The notes below the pieces were generated by a model. That model saw only the letters and a program-made list of their open reading frames with translations. It did not search any database and was not told the DNA's origin. The translations under genes and the position numbers were made by a program. A stretch of 64,000 bases of DNA, taken from NCBI RefSeq assembly GCF_036321535.1, contig NC_087461.1, positions 17,050,001 to 17,114,000 on the forward strand. The letters run 5' to 3'. Of this stretch, positions 46,185 through 59,345 are shown piece after piece. Source of the stretch: Camelus dromedarius (taxonomy: Eukaryota). Numbering within the stretch: the stretch's first letter is position 1; every line of letters begins with the position of its first letter.

Positions 46185-46655
46185 TTTAGTTTCCTATTGC
46201 TGTGTAATGGATTATCAGAAACATAGTGGCTTAAAATCACATTTATTATCTCACAGTTTCCGGGGGTCAGGAGCCTGGGCATGGCTTAGCTGAGCCTTTT
46301 GCTTCAGGGTCTCTTACAGGTTGCAATCTCAGTGTCGTTCGGGGCTGAAATATTATCAGAAGGCTCAAGTGGGGCAGATCCACTCCCGATGTGAGTACTC
46401 ATGTGTTTGTTGGCAAGATTCAATGCCTTGCAGGGGCCTCCCTTGAGCAACTCACAAAGACAGCAAGCAAGCAAGAAGGCAAGAAAACGTGCCAGCAAGT
46501 GTGCACTAGCAAGATGGAAGTCACAGTCTTCTGTTAAGGAACCTAATCATGGAAGTGGCGTTCCATCACTTTTGCCATGCTTTGTTCATTAGAAGTGAGT
46601 TACAAGGCGCAGCCCACACTCAAGAGGAGGGGAGCACACAGGGACTAGGGGCCTT
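46185..46655 (-). mobile_element. MaLR solo LTR (MLT1F/G-like)
   Basis: tagtttcctattgctgtgtaa...agtggcttaaaatcacatttattatctcacagtttc...ccatcacttttgccatgc...gcagcccacactcaagaggagggg. Confidence 0.7.
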
Positions 46656-47159
46656 CCCGGAGCAATGAAGCCAATTGATCAGAGTAGTTAGTAGCAGTTC
46701 TAGAATCATCTGGCCAGAATCCAAAGCCTACAGTCTTTTCCTAAGTCTCTTCTCTAAAATAGACAGGTTTTATTTAACACATATTTGTTGAATTACCTGC
46801 CATGTGCCAAGGACTGTTGAAAGCGATGAGGATCAGCAGTGAAACAAAGCAGAGTCCCTGCTCTCACGGGGTTGCTGTCTAGTGAAGGAAGAGATGAGCC
46901 TTACCACTCTCAGTGGCATTTGAGTGGAGACCAGAAAGAAGTGAGGGAGCAGGATGCAGAGACCTGGAGAAGAGAGCGTTCCAGGTAAAGGGAACTATAA
47001 AGGCAAAGAAGAATAACAGTGCTTACTTCAGATGGTTGTTGCCAAAATTAAACAAGAAACGTGCTATAACCAGTGGTGATAAGGGGCCATGCAGGAAAGT
47101 AAAACAGAGGAAGGGATGAGGATCTGGGGAGTGAGGTATCCCTATTCTCTTGTCTTTTC

Positions 47160-48020
47160 TTTTGCTAAATTTGATTTTCCAATAATTTCAAGTATACAGA
47201 AAAGTTGCAAGAATAGTACAAGGAGCTCCAGTATGTTCACTCAGGTCCCCTAACTATTAACATTTCACCATTTTATTTTATTATTATTTACTTTATTTTA
47301 TTATTTTATTTGTATCTGACAATAAGATATGAAACCCTTTTACCCCCCAAAACTTCTAAGTATATTTTCTAAAAGCAAGCCACTTTCTTTACCCAGCCAC
47401 AAGACAATGATCAAAATCAGGAAATTAATTTAGTACTATCATCTATTCTGCAAACCGTATTAAATTTTAAACAGTTGTACCAATAATGTATGTATTTGAA
47501 AAAAAAAGTCTCCTTTTTCTGGTCCAAGATTTAATCTAGGATCATGTGTTCCATTTACTTGTTGTGTTTCTTTAATCTCCTTTAATCAGAGTAGTTGCTC
47601 AGCTTTTTCTTTGTCTTGACATGTTTGAAGAGTCCAGGTTAGTGACCCCTCAATTTGAGCCTACCTGTTAAGACAGGGAAACCACAGAGGCAATGTGCCC
47701 TTCTCACTGCATTATATTAGGAAGCACATGTGGTAGCTTTATCCCATTACTGGTGATGTTAATTCTGATCATTTAGTTAAAGATTTGTTTGCCAGCTTTC
47801 TCCGTCTTTAAGGCACTAATTTTTACTGTATAGTTAATAAGTATTTTGTGGGGAGATACTTTGAGCCAATATAACCATCTCGTTCTTCATCAAAATTTTA
47901 CTCACTAATTTTAGCTTCGCTGATGATTGTTGCCTGAATCAGTTACCAATATGATAGTTGCCAAATGGTGGTTTTTCTAATTCCATCATTCTTTCTGCAT
48001 TTATTGGTTGGTACTCTACC
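47160..48020 (-). mobile_element. Old L1 (L1MC-like) 3' end
   Basis: aataatttcaagtatacagaaaagttgcaagaatagtacaa...ttactggtgatgttaattctgatcatttagttaa...ggggagatactttgag. Confidence 0.7.
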
Positions 48021-48353
48021 GTACCAATTATTTCTAGGTAGGGTCATCAGGGAAGGCTTCTCTGAGAAGGTGACGTTTGGAGTGAAGGAATAAACATGAA
48101 GATTATCTGGAAGAGTGTTAGGCTGCAGGAACTCTAAGTGCAAAAAATAAAAATAATAAGTACTTCATATGGCTGCTGTGAAAAGTAAATACAAACATAT
48201 ATGCAAAGGGTGGTACACACCTTTTAGAAATAATTCAACCCAAGAAACTACTATTGTTATTAAATAGTGACATCCAAGCTAAGAGAGCTAAAAGGTATGA
48301 AGGCTGGGGTAGTGAAGGTGAAGGGGAGCTGGGGAGAGTCGGAGGAGTCTGAC

Positions 48354-48949
48354 TGTGGTGCGCAGAGTTCTAAGATGATCCCTACGGAGCCTCACCCTTG
48401 TAGAATCCCCTCTAGCTTGAAGTGGGAGGAACCTGTGATTTGATGGGATAGTCTCCCATGCTTAGGTTATATGGCATGGTCGACTGAGAAAGGGAGATTA
48501 CCTTCAGAGAGCCTGCTTACCCTCATCGTAGGAGCCCTTAAAAGGGACCAGGCTCTTCCTGGAGAAGGAAATCAAAGAGAGATCTGAAGCACAAGGGGGG
48601 TTTGATGTGTGAGAAGTTCTCTATTGCTTGCTTTAAAAATGGGGTTGCCCAGGTGACAAGGACAGGACAGTGGCTTCTGGGAGCTGAGCGTGACACCCCC
48701 GGGTGCATCTCCAAGAAGGAACTGAGCTCTACCAACCACCTGAATGGGCTTGGAAGAGGACCCCTGAGCTCCCAATGAGAACACAGCCAGCTGACACCTG
48801 GATTTCAGACTCATGAGAATCTGAGCAGAGAACCCAGGTACCACATGCCTGGACTTCTGACCTATGGAAATCGAGAGATGATAAATGAATGTTGTCTTAA
48901 GTTGCTTTGTTTCTAGTAATTTGTGATACATCAATAGAAAACTAACACA
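48354..48949 (+). mobile_element. MaLR solo LTR (MLT1E-like), full length
   Basis: TG..CA ends: tgtggtgcgcagagttctaagatg ... ggacttctgacctatggaaatcgagagatgataaatg...agtaatttgtgatacatcaatagaaaactaacaca. Confidence 0.75.
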
Positions 48950-49351
48950 CCCAAGGAACAAGGTTAAGAAATATCTCGAAGAGACAGAGGGCATGAGTAC
49001 ACTGGGGGAGTGAAATAGCTCAGCACAGCTGAAGAGCCATGGTGGATAAAGGGATGGTGATGTAGAGGTAGGTGTGTTCAAGCCGCCGAGGTGTTCACAC
49101 CACTCCAGTTCAACGTTTACTGAGGACCTTGGTGCTGGAGGTAACAGCCCGTTTTGCTCCCTAGGAGCTCGCAGTCTGGTGGAGGCATCAACTCAGTGGA
49201 TCATTAGAGGCATGACGACTGACGGCTCCCTGAGAGCAGCCTCTTGGTTTGTTCACTTACGTAACTCAGTGCCTGGGACATGGCCTTGCACAAGGCAGGT
49301 GACAACAGCTATTTGTTGACTTGAATGGAATTGAAGTGATATTTCATCTCA

Positions 49352-49593
49352 GCCGATGATTTTCAACCAGGGGCAATTTTCCCCACCCACCCCTCCCCAG
49401 GGCCAATGTCTGCAGACGTTTTTGGTGGCCACAGCTGGAGACGTGCTACTGGCATCTAGTGGGTAGAGGTCAGGGATGCTGCTAAACACCCTGCAATGCA
49501 CAGGACAGGCCCCCCGCTCCCCCCTCTCACCCCACTACACAACAAAGAATTGTCTGGTCCAAAACAGTGCCAAAGCCGAGAAACCGTGGTCTA
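49352..49593 (+). mobile_element. MER20 hAT-Charlie element
   Basis: ttttcaaccaggggcaatttt...gtgctactggcatctagtgggtagaggtcagggatgctgctaaacaccctgcaatgcacaggacag...gccgagaaaccgtg. Confidence 0.85.
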
Positions 49594-49844
49594 GACAGTG
49601 GTGAGATCTGATGAAACCTTTGCTCTTCCCAGCAGGAAACAGTTCCCTAGGGCTTGTTATGCCATCTCAGTGTGTCCTCTCCCTTGGGCAGGATTCGATA
49701 AACAATGACATTCCCCTTTGCTGGATCCTCTCAGGGTTTTGTGAAGTTCAGCTTCCTGCCACTGATATTTCTTATAATACTATCAATGTCATTGATTTGA
49801 ACCCAATGACCTCTTAGGCTCAGTGCCTTGGCTTGGGTGGTACC

Positions 49845-50764
49845 AAGTGGTGTGCTGGTCAATTTTAACAACCAACTCTCAAAAAGATACACACATACTG
49901 TACATATGTACATACTTTTGTTAAAATTCCATCAATATAAAGGATGTGTTTCACACAATTTGCAAATAATTTCATATACAACACTATTTATCACAAATTC
50001 CATATAGCTAATTGATTCTCATAGAATGCCTTCATGGGTTTTTGCTGAACACGTGTATCACAGGCAACCCAAGGAAGCATTGGTGATTGGGTGTAGTTCT
50101 GACACGAATGTTGGCCGATATATATATATATATTATTTTTACATTAACAAGTAAGATGAAAGGGAAACAACAGAGGCATGCCGGAACTCCATTCGTGCGT
50201 CAGTGATGTGAGCAACTGCTTTGCTGAACCAGATAATCGTTTTCAAATATTAGAAGAATATTTCCTCAATTATTGTGCCATTCACAATGCAATGTTTGCA
50301 GACAGGATAGGCTTTTAAGTTTCATCTGCATTATTAGCATTTTCTTCATCACTTTCTCAAGTCTATACAATCAACAGAACATTAAATCGTGTCCTGATTT
50401 GTAGCATTTTCTGATTTCCATGGTATAAATACTCCTTGGCTGCTGTCCAGCCACCAACATGATGTCACTGAACACTGAACAGGGAAGACAAAGCAGTCGT
50501 TCAACTCTACGTAGTATTTCCACCATACAGATGTAATTGAAGTAAGTAACTTCAAGAGCATAGATAGCAGTAAAATGCAAAATAATCTGGGAAGTATGGG
50601 TTCTGAGTATTTGTTATCTTTGTTTTTAATAAGATGTATTTTAATGGTAGGCTTAGAGAATTTAATTTTTAACAACTGTGCTTCATAACTGGCTCGCAAA
50701 ATTCCAGAAAATGTAACAATTGACTTTTGAAAGCTGGTATGAGCTGCATCCAGCAGACCTCTAG
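49845..50764 (-). mobile_element. MER63 (C/D-like) hAT-Blackjack element, about 0.92 kb, both termini present
   Basis: Termini agtggtgtgctggt... and ...ccagcagacctctag; internal ctggctcgcaaaattccagaaaatgtaacaat and ctgatttgtagcattt match recalled MER63 antisense. Confidence 0.7.
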
Positions 50765-51110
50765 TTCACCTAGTTACGACCTTGTGCTGATAGTCAAACT
50801 TACTGTCTAGCTGACACTTTAAACAAGACGCCTTCATGAAGAGGTATCTTACGTCTGAATTCTGGGGACCGTTCGCTGATAATATACACACAGTGTGAAT
50901 GTCGTAAGCACGCAGGAGACCCTCCTGTCTGCATTCCACGTCTGCTGGCCCTGTTGGCCTCGGTGTAATGGGAAGAAGACACCTGACTTTCAAAACCTGG
51001 CGGAGGCTGTTGACGTTCCTTGCCTTGCTCCCTGTGGGTGCCCTTCCAGGCAGCAGTAGTGGTGAGCAGGACAGGAGAGGAAAGGTGACTTCACAAACCC
51101 TTAATGTATT

Positions 51111-51359
51111 TTTAAAAAATTTTTAATTGAAGTGTACTTGATTTGCAATGTTAGTTTCAGGTGTACAGCAAAATGATGCATATATATATTTTTTTCAGAT
51201 TCTTTTCCGTTATAGGTTATAATAAGAAATTGAATATAGTTTCCTGTGCTATACAGTAGGTCCTTGTTGTTTGTCTATTTTAAATATAGTAATGTGTGTC
51301 TGTTAATCCCCAGCTCCTAATTTATCCCTCCCCCATTCTTTCCCCTTTGGGAACCATAG
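51111..51359 (-). mobile_element. 5'-truncated cetartiodactyl-type L1 3' end with 18-bp TSD
   Basis: attgaagtgtacttgatttgcaatgttagtttcaggtgtacagc...tttcctgtgctatacagtaggtcc. TSD acaaacccttaatgtatt (51093-51110) / acaaatccttaatttatt (51360-51377), 16/18 identical. Confidence 0.85.
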
Positions 51360-52049
51360 ACAAATCCTTAATTTATTAACACTGGCTACCAAATGCTTGC
51401 AGGAGAAACATGCAAGAAAGTAACTTGTTCAAGACGATCTCAAGCACACAGGCTCAGTATATTGTTTTATTAATCAGCCCTCAGTGTCACCCCCATGTGA
51501 AGCCACGAGTCAGCCTCTCCCCAAACCCCTCCTATGTCCACCCAATTCCTCTCCATGGTGGAGCTACTGTGGCTTCTTGCACCAGCCCCATTTGTACGTG
51601 GATTTCCATTTCTGGTGTAATTAGCAGAGGAGCAGGGCAAGTGGAGGGGTGGCCACCTCACTGAGCCTTTGCGAGGTCCTCTTTTCTATTTATTTGGAAT
51701 CCAGCTATGTCTGTAGCTCACCTCACTCCTATCCAGCTCTGTCTGTAGCTCACTCAGAGGTGAAAAAAGCATTCTGTAATCATTCTGCCCGTTCTGTCCA
51801 ATGCCTTAGTAAATGCTCCATGTTTCCTTGAATTCTCCATCTTAACAGATTAAAACAAATTTACCAGCTAAACATAAAACACAAATCATCCCTAACCATA
51901 TTTATCTACATAATTATACCTTATCCACTACCGAACCTCTTACCAAATGTCTTCGATACACTTAATGCTTAACCTACAAGTTCTCTCCTTCTAATGCAAT
52001 GCATTTCCCTCTTAGCCAATTTTAGACATTAAGGACATTATTTGCTCTA

Positions 52050-52900
52050 TGGAAAGTATTTATTTATGTTTTTAACAAGCATGAATGAATGCCAGGCTCT
52101 GGGCTCATGGCTGGGGATGTATCAGTGAGTAAGAAAGACTTACTCCCTTCTCTTACAGGCTTTTAGTTTGATAGAGGAAAACAACATTAAGCAAACATAC
52201 ACACAAATATATATAGTTAAACTGGTAAAAAGTGCTATCAGGGCAAAGAATGGATTTCTATGATGAGAGGACATAGTTTGTACTGGGGGCCAGAGAAGGC
52301 ATTACTGAAGGATGAAGAAGAACCAGCCGGAGGAGAATTGGGGGCAGAGTGTGGGGAAGAGGGCTCCAGGGACAGGGAGCCACTTCATCCAGGACCCTAG
52401 GAAAAAGAAGGAGAAATCTCCAGGGCAGGGATGGAGGAGGTGGGTAGAACGAGGTGGACTTAGGTCCAGGAGAGTCAGGCCTTGCTACAGCTTTTATTCT
52501 AACATCAATGAACCACTGAAGTCTTAATGCAGGGGAATGAGTGTTCCAATTCATTTTCTAAAAAGATCACTCTGGGTGATAGGTGAAAAGTGGATTGGGG
52601 AATCAGGGCACAAGGAGAAACAGAAAGACAGTTGGAGGGAGTTGTAGGAGTCCAGAATGGAGATAACGGTGGTGTGAACTGTGGTGACTGCAGTGGGGAG
52701 GAACAGAAAGAGACAGACTTGAGAAAATATTTAGGAGGTGGAAATGACTGAATATGTGGGGGAAACTCATGTTGAGGGGGATGAGTGAACAGGAGGTGTC
52801 AGGGATGGAGGCTGAGCAGAAAGCAGGGTCATTCATTGAGAAGATGGCGTACATACCAGCCTAGAAGGACAGTGTCTAACACAGAGGAGGGGCAGTTTTG
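52050..52900 (-). mobile_element. L2 LINE fragments
   Basis: gaatgccaggctctgggctc...aaagatcactctgggtgata...gaaaatatttaggaggtggaa...cattcattgagaagatgg. Confidence 0.65.
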
Positions 52901-54094
52901 CAGGAAGCAAGGAGAGAAACAAGATGACTTGAGCTAATTCCTTTCATATAATTCATCAGAAAGGACCCATCAGGCAGAGGTAATTTTCTGTTGACAAAAT
53001 ATACTGGCTGTTTTGCCTCCTAATCCCCTCAATAGCCAACTAGTCCTCAGTCTCACTGGCTTTGGCCATTCATTCAACAATTCTGGCCAAGTTCAAACAC
53101 TCCAAGACAATGCTCCTCGAAGTGTCAGGCAGGTAGTACTGGCGGTATACCAGATGGTTGTAAGTGGCACGGAAAATGGCTTTTCAGTGCTATTTGGATA
53201 TGGCCTCACATCACATCGAATCACACAGTGAGAAAGTAATTTCCTTTTCAGTTCTTTCTTAGGCCTTTTGATTACATCAGGGAGAAAGTCTCAGTTTGGT
53301 GTTAGTATGTCTTTACACCTCTCTAACACTTGATAATCTCTCTTTTTAACCAAGAGAGAACAAGGCCACAATCTCAAAGCATTTTTAGCAGCCCACAGTC
53401 TCTAGTTGGAATTTATTAACACAGTTTTGTTTTCACTGTAAAAAAAGAAAAGTTTAAGATTACCGCCCATTTATGGCAAGTAATACTGGTTTTTCGGCTA
53501 CAGCAGTGACATAAATAAATTTATTTAGAAATAAGGCTGTGAGTGCAGAAACAGAGTGGTGACAATGCAAAGGAATAGTGCACATGATACGTGAATATAG
53601 CACGTATCACAGAGGAACACAGGGATGAGTCTGGAAAACACAGCCTGACAATGAAGTGGACGTTTATTGTTCCTGCATCTGCCTTTCCTTCTCGGGGCAA
53701 CATTTCCTGACTTGCTTTGGTGAATCATCTCTCCCTCATGTTCAGACTACTAAGCTCCCAGCAAAGCTGATTTACTTCATGCCTGGGTCCCAGGGGTCAG
53801 CACTGGGTGTTCCCTCACCTTGGCCAGTCATTGGCTTACAGATGGATACTTGATCCAAACCAGGCCAATCAGACCCAGGGCTGGGATTTGAACCCAGACA
53901 GTTTGGCTGCAGAGGCCACGCCCCAAACCACTGCACTCCCCTCTCTCCTGTCTACTATGGCTTTTGAGCTGAGATCTGAAGGATGGGTAGAAAGAGTTAA
54001 GATAGTAGATGAGGGAGGAGGGAGCAATGTGATGAAACTACAGACCATCAGGGACCAGACCACAGATGCCTTATAGACTTTGGTTGGAATCCGG

Positions 54095-54304
54095 TTTTTT
54101 TGTTTTGTTTTGTTGGTTTTTGTTTGCTTGTTTGTTTTTAGTTGAAGTATAGTCGATTTACAATGTTGTGTTAATTTCTGGTGTAGAGCATAGTGATTCA
54201 GTTATACATATATTTATATTTTCCTTTTCATATTCTCTTTCATTATAGGCTATTACAAGATACTGAATGTAGTTCCCTGAACAGTAGAACCTTGCTGTTT
54301 ATCT
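54095..54304 (-). mobile_element. 5'-truncated cetartiodactyl-type L1 3' end with decayed (TTTG) tail, inserted in an L2
   Basis: gttgaagtatagtcgatttacaatgttgtgttaatttctggtgtagagcatagtgattcagttatacat...tattacaagatactgaatgtagttccctg. Confidence 0.8.
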
Positions 54305-55379
54305 AAGAACCCATTTTGAGCCCCATCCTAAAAGCAATGGGAAACCCTTGACTGGTTTTTAGCAGGAGGGTGGCAGGCATTTTTAAAGACCTCTGTGGTT
54401 TTTGCATAGCACTTAACATGACATCCAGCACCTAGGAAGCATGAGTATTAAACTGGAGTATGTCCAGTATTTGCAGGGTACAGAACTGGGGCTCAGTAAA
54501 TGTGCACCCCCCACCCCCACCCCGTTCCTGAGGCTGCTTCTATCAGAAAGAGCCTCCGGGAAAGTAGAGTCTTAAGTAGGACGTAGCCTTGCCCAAGGGC
54601 ACCGAAGTTTAGATGGAGCCTGTTAGCTGAGGCCAAAGGCAAGAAACAAAGGTATGTGCTCCGGATTCTTTTAAACTTGTAAATTTTGGTGGTCACTGAA
54701 TTTCTACAATTAAAAAAAAAAAAAGAGTAGAACCATGGTGTGAAGAGTTAATGAAGCAAATAGAAATTTTAAAGAAAGAAAGAAAGAAAGAAAAAGCAGT
54801 GATTGACAGTTGAGGTCTGACTTAACACAGGTTACTAGCCTCTGAAGCACCCCTTTTCTGGGTCATGGCCAACAGGCAGACAACATGCTTAGCCTACAGG
54901 AAACAAGGCTTGTTGGCTTGCAGTCCCTGTTTGCACGTGGGAATGAATGCACAGCTACAGGAGGAAGATGAGAGTGTAATTTGGAGATAGAAGTAGTCAA
55001 AGGAATTCAACTGATAAATAACATCCTGGCACAAACTTAAGACATAAAAATAAAATCAATTTCACAAGACCCAGAAAGCCTGATTCTTGTGAAGTGTCCT
55101 CATAGAATCTCAACAAGCTTAGACATCTCCAGTCTCCTAACCCCTCCCTCCACTGTGCCTTTGCTCCAGCCTCTGTGGAAATTTGCAATCTCAATCCCTC
55201 ACCTGTCTTTGTCCAGAGGGGGCTGGGGCCATCAATCCTGCCACTGCCCTACTCCCATCCCAGGCCCCCTGGGTTCAGAGATCCACCAGACCCACCCCAT
55301 TCCTCCTGGCCTCTGCCTGGCCTCTGAACTTGGACTTGCATCACCATCCCCCTCTGACGCCCAGACAATCTCCCATGTC

Positions 55380-55720
55380 AGGGCAGTGTGGCTTAGTAGT
55401 TAAGCATAGCATCTCAGTCAATGTCTGGAGTTGGACAGACAGAGCTGGGGTCTTGATTAACGGCCAAGAGAGCAAGTTTTGGTGCCCGGTTGCCAAGGTG
55501 TAATTCCTAACTTCCGCCACTTACTACATGTGTTACCTTGGATAGGTTATCTAACTTTTGTGGACCTCAGTTTTCTCATCTGTAAAATGGGGATACAATT
55601 TTGCCTACCCCTCAGGAGCCAACAGGTTTATGAAATGAATTCCTACATGTTGTGAACTAAAAACAGTTTTTGATGCCTAGCACATGCTCCATTTATGTTG
55701 GATGTTATTCTTTGAATCCC
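55380..55720 (+). mobile_element. MIR
   Basis: gccacttactacatgtgttaccttggataggttatctaac...cctcagttttctcatctgtaaaatggggata. Confidence 0.75.
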
Positions 55721-56030
55721 CTCCGTACTATTTATGGGCTGTGAAACCTTGTGCGCATGATTTAATCTAAGCTCCAGCTTCCTTCCTTGCCCCCTGTGGC
55801 CACGCATCATTCCCATGAGCTAACAGGGGTGCTTAACAGACAAGACTTGTCCTCTAGGCTCAAAATGTTTTCTGTTTATTGGGCCATGACCCAGATAACG
55901 ACTACTTACCTGTATTTAGTAACATGTCATTCAGTCTCTTCTCTCCCCTAAGGATTCATCTGTAGTTAACACCTTTTAACTTCATTCCTTTTGCCTCTAT
56001 GTCTCAAACATTTGGTCAAGTTTTCATGCC

Positions 56031-56032
<2 letters not shown>

Positions 56033-56086
<54 letters not shown>
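56033..56086. repeat. Perfect (TG)27 microsatellite
   Basis: 54 nt counted directly. Confidence 0.97.
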
Positions 56087-56089
<3 letters not shown>

Positions 56090-56303
56090 AGTTTACTGAT
56101 TTCCAAATGCAAAGCCCAGGCCATCTTAGGAACGGGGTTAACCACAAGATTAGAGGAGATGTTGCAGGTCGCCTTCGGTGAATGGCCTCAGCAGCTATCA
56201 GAGTTGGAAATCCGGAGCCATCCTGGACCCCCTCCTCTCCTCCACCTCCGATATCTAGTTGGTCACTAAGTTCCATCAATTTTGACTTGTAAAAATTTAT
56301 AAT

Positions 56304-56620
56304 TTTTTAAGACAATTTTTAAGAGAAGTTTTAGGTTCACAGCAAAATTGAGAGGAAAGTACAGAAGTTTCCCATTTCCCCTCTACCTTCCTCCTCATTA
56401 TTAATATCTCCCACCAGAGTGGTCCATCTGTTACAACTGACAAACCTACAATGGCGCATTATAATCGCCCAAAATTCATGGTTTACATTAGGGTTCACTC
56501 TTGGTGTTGTGCATTCTTTGGGTTTGGGCAGATGTTGAATGACATGTATCCACTACTATGATATCATTCACAGTATTTTTACTGCCCTAAGAATCTTCTG
56601 GGCTCCACCTATTCATCCCT
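56304..56620 (-). mobile_element. L1MC1-like 3' end
   Basis: ttttaggttcacagcaaaattgagaggaaagtacaga...cccaccagagtggtcc...catggtttacattagggttcactcttggtgttgtgcattc. Confidence 0.8.
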
Positions 56621-59345
56621 TCTGTGACTCAAGTCTGACTTTTTTAATGCCTCCTACATATGCCTTTTCTGCCATCTTCACCATCTAACCGAGGCCGCCT
56701 GTATCTCTCATTCCGTCACTGCAGGAGTCCCCACACTGATGGCTCTGACTCCAGTGGGGCTTCCCTTCCGTAATCCATCTTGCCTTTGTGGTGGCCAATG
56801 TGACTTTTTCAAAACAGAAACTGACTTTGTCCTTCCGTTAATTAAAACTGTCTCATTTCTCCTCATTGCCTCAGAAGATGCCTAGACTTCAATCATCTTT
56901 AACAGAAAAATGTTTTGAGACACCTCCCTGCTCCTCAAAGCATGACAGAGGTTGTACTTTCGGTAACTGTCAAATGGGAAAATACCTAATGCAAACAAAT
57001 ACTTCGACTATTAAATGAATCTGAATTTTAAAAATCATGGCCATGTTTATTTACACTTAGAAATAGCAGCATATATATTTACAGTATTTATTCATTCAAC
57101 AGGCAATGCTTGGTGCACATAAGAATTTGAGAACCCCTTTCCTGTAACTTCATGACCCCCAGAAGCTCTCTGAGGACTCACCGGCTAAAAATAATAGGCC
57201 CAGAACTTAAACTCTAAACTTCCTGCCCCCTCCAGCTGTTCTAAAAGGCCTCTGTGCACACTACCTTCCCATGTACGTCCAAGCTCCAGACACAGGAATC
57301 TGTGTTTCTCTAGTGCATTCCAGAACCTTCCACACCTTCTCAGAGGATCTCTGCCCCCGCCTTTCTCTCTGGCAAGTCCCTATCCTTTTTTCAAGCCCCC
57401 AACTCACATGTCACCTTCTCTGATGAGCCCAGTAGTTTCCCACCTTTTCCTCTGCACAAAACTCAATTAGCCCCAGGCTTAGTGTGTTGCAATTATATGT
57501 TGATGCGTATTTTCTCCCTTCGGAAACTCTTCATGGGAAGATACCCTATCTGCTTCATCATCTTTGCACCTCATTCACTGACATAGCGCCTGCACGTTGA
57601 TACATGCTTAATCACCTATGATGGACTAAGGAGTGGTGGAAGGAGCAGTCTCTAAAGAGATCTGATCTCATCGGTGCACATGTGTTAATGGGAGACAGCC
57701 AGCAGACCATCCAAGGTAAAGAATGTGCATCTTGATGTAGTCCAGGAGGAGAAACAGATGATGGGTCTCTCAAGGCAACCAGGAGGGTGGGTGGCACATG
57801 GAGACAGTCTTTTCCAGAGAGACTCTTGAGCCCTCGCTTTGTATCAGAGGTGGTTTTCTGACTGTGGTTGGGGAAGGGAGCCAGGGGACTGCTCCTCATT
57901 TCATGGAGAGCTTGGCCCTGAGATCCCAGCTGCCTCAGGGTAAAATGAACATGGGCTGATAGCCAGCACCTTCACTGTCCACCACCTTCACTAGGAAGGA
58001 GAAAGTTCTCTATGTGGCAGGGATCTAACCTGTGTAGGGTCTAATATTTGATGAGATACTTGATGGAGAGAAGAGACAGCTGATACTAACTGTATCCATG
58101 GATGATGGAAATAGCAGGGTGAAGGCTGTCTCCCCAGCCAGGTACTGCTCTGCCTCCCTCCCCCAAATTCAACTTCAACCTGGAAGCTGGGTGATAAGAT
58201 CTGCTCTGTTCGGGGTCCATAGTTTCAAGATCTCAGGGGTCAAGAGTTTTGGGGTCAGGTCCCAGTTCTGCCACTGAAATGCTATGTGACTTAAAAAATT
58301 TATACTTGTAAATATTATATTCATACAAAATTCATAATTATAATTTATGTTTATAAAAAAGAAGAATAAAAATCTGTGTTACCTTTATTCGGCATAAGAA
58401 GCAGAACACTGCCAGCACCTCTGACTTTTTCTTTGTGCCTCACTGCAAACCCGTATTCCTTCCTAACCCTCCCAGAGGTAACGGCTGTGTTGCATTTTAC
58501 GTTTGTCATTCTCTTGGTTTTCTTTATAGTTTTCCCACATACATAAGCACGTAGATGATATATATGTTTATGTGCTTTATATATGGACTCCAGTCTGTAT
58601 AAATTCTTCTGTGACTTGTTTTTTTCAATTGATGTTATGTTTATGAGATTCAGTCATGTTGATGTGTTTAATAGCAATAATTCAGGGTGATGTATGAACA
58701 GACTATAATTTTCCTGAAGTTAAGTCTTTAAAATGTTTCTAATTAATGACTGTTATGAATAAAGCTGCTATGGACATTTAAGTATAAGTCTTTGTATGGA
58801 CAAAGGTATTCATGTCTCTTAGTTAAATACCTAGAAGTGAAACTGCTGGGTTTATGGAAAGTGTAGGTCTGATATTTTAAGAAACTTCCAAACTGTTTTC
58901 CAAAGTGGTTGCACCACTTGTATTCCCACCAGGCTTCTATGAGAGTTCTGTTGCTGCATTTCTTTGTTACCACTTAGTATTATCAGTCTTATTTTTAGCC
59001 ATTCTAGTGGATGTCTAGGGGTATCTCATTGTGATTTTCATTTTTATTTCCCTGATGACTAACGATATTCATTATCTTTATATATGTTTATTTTTCATTC
59101 ATACACCTTCTTTGGAAAGGTGTCTGTTTAAATCTTTTGCCCATTTTAAACTGAGTTTTTGTCTTTCTGTTACTGAGTTGTAAGAATTCTTCATATACTG
59201 TGTATACAAATCCTTTGACAGATACATGCATGTGAATATTTTCTTCTAGTCTGATACTTGCTTTTAATTTTTTAATATCATCTTTTGAGATAGAAGATTT
59301 TTAATATTGATGCAGACCTATTTGCACCATGGAATTACTTTGGCA

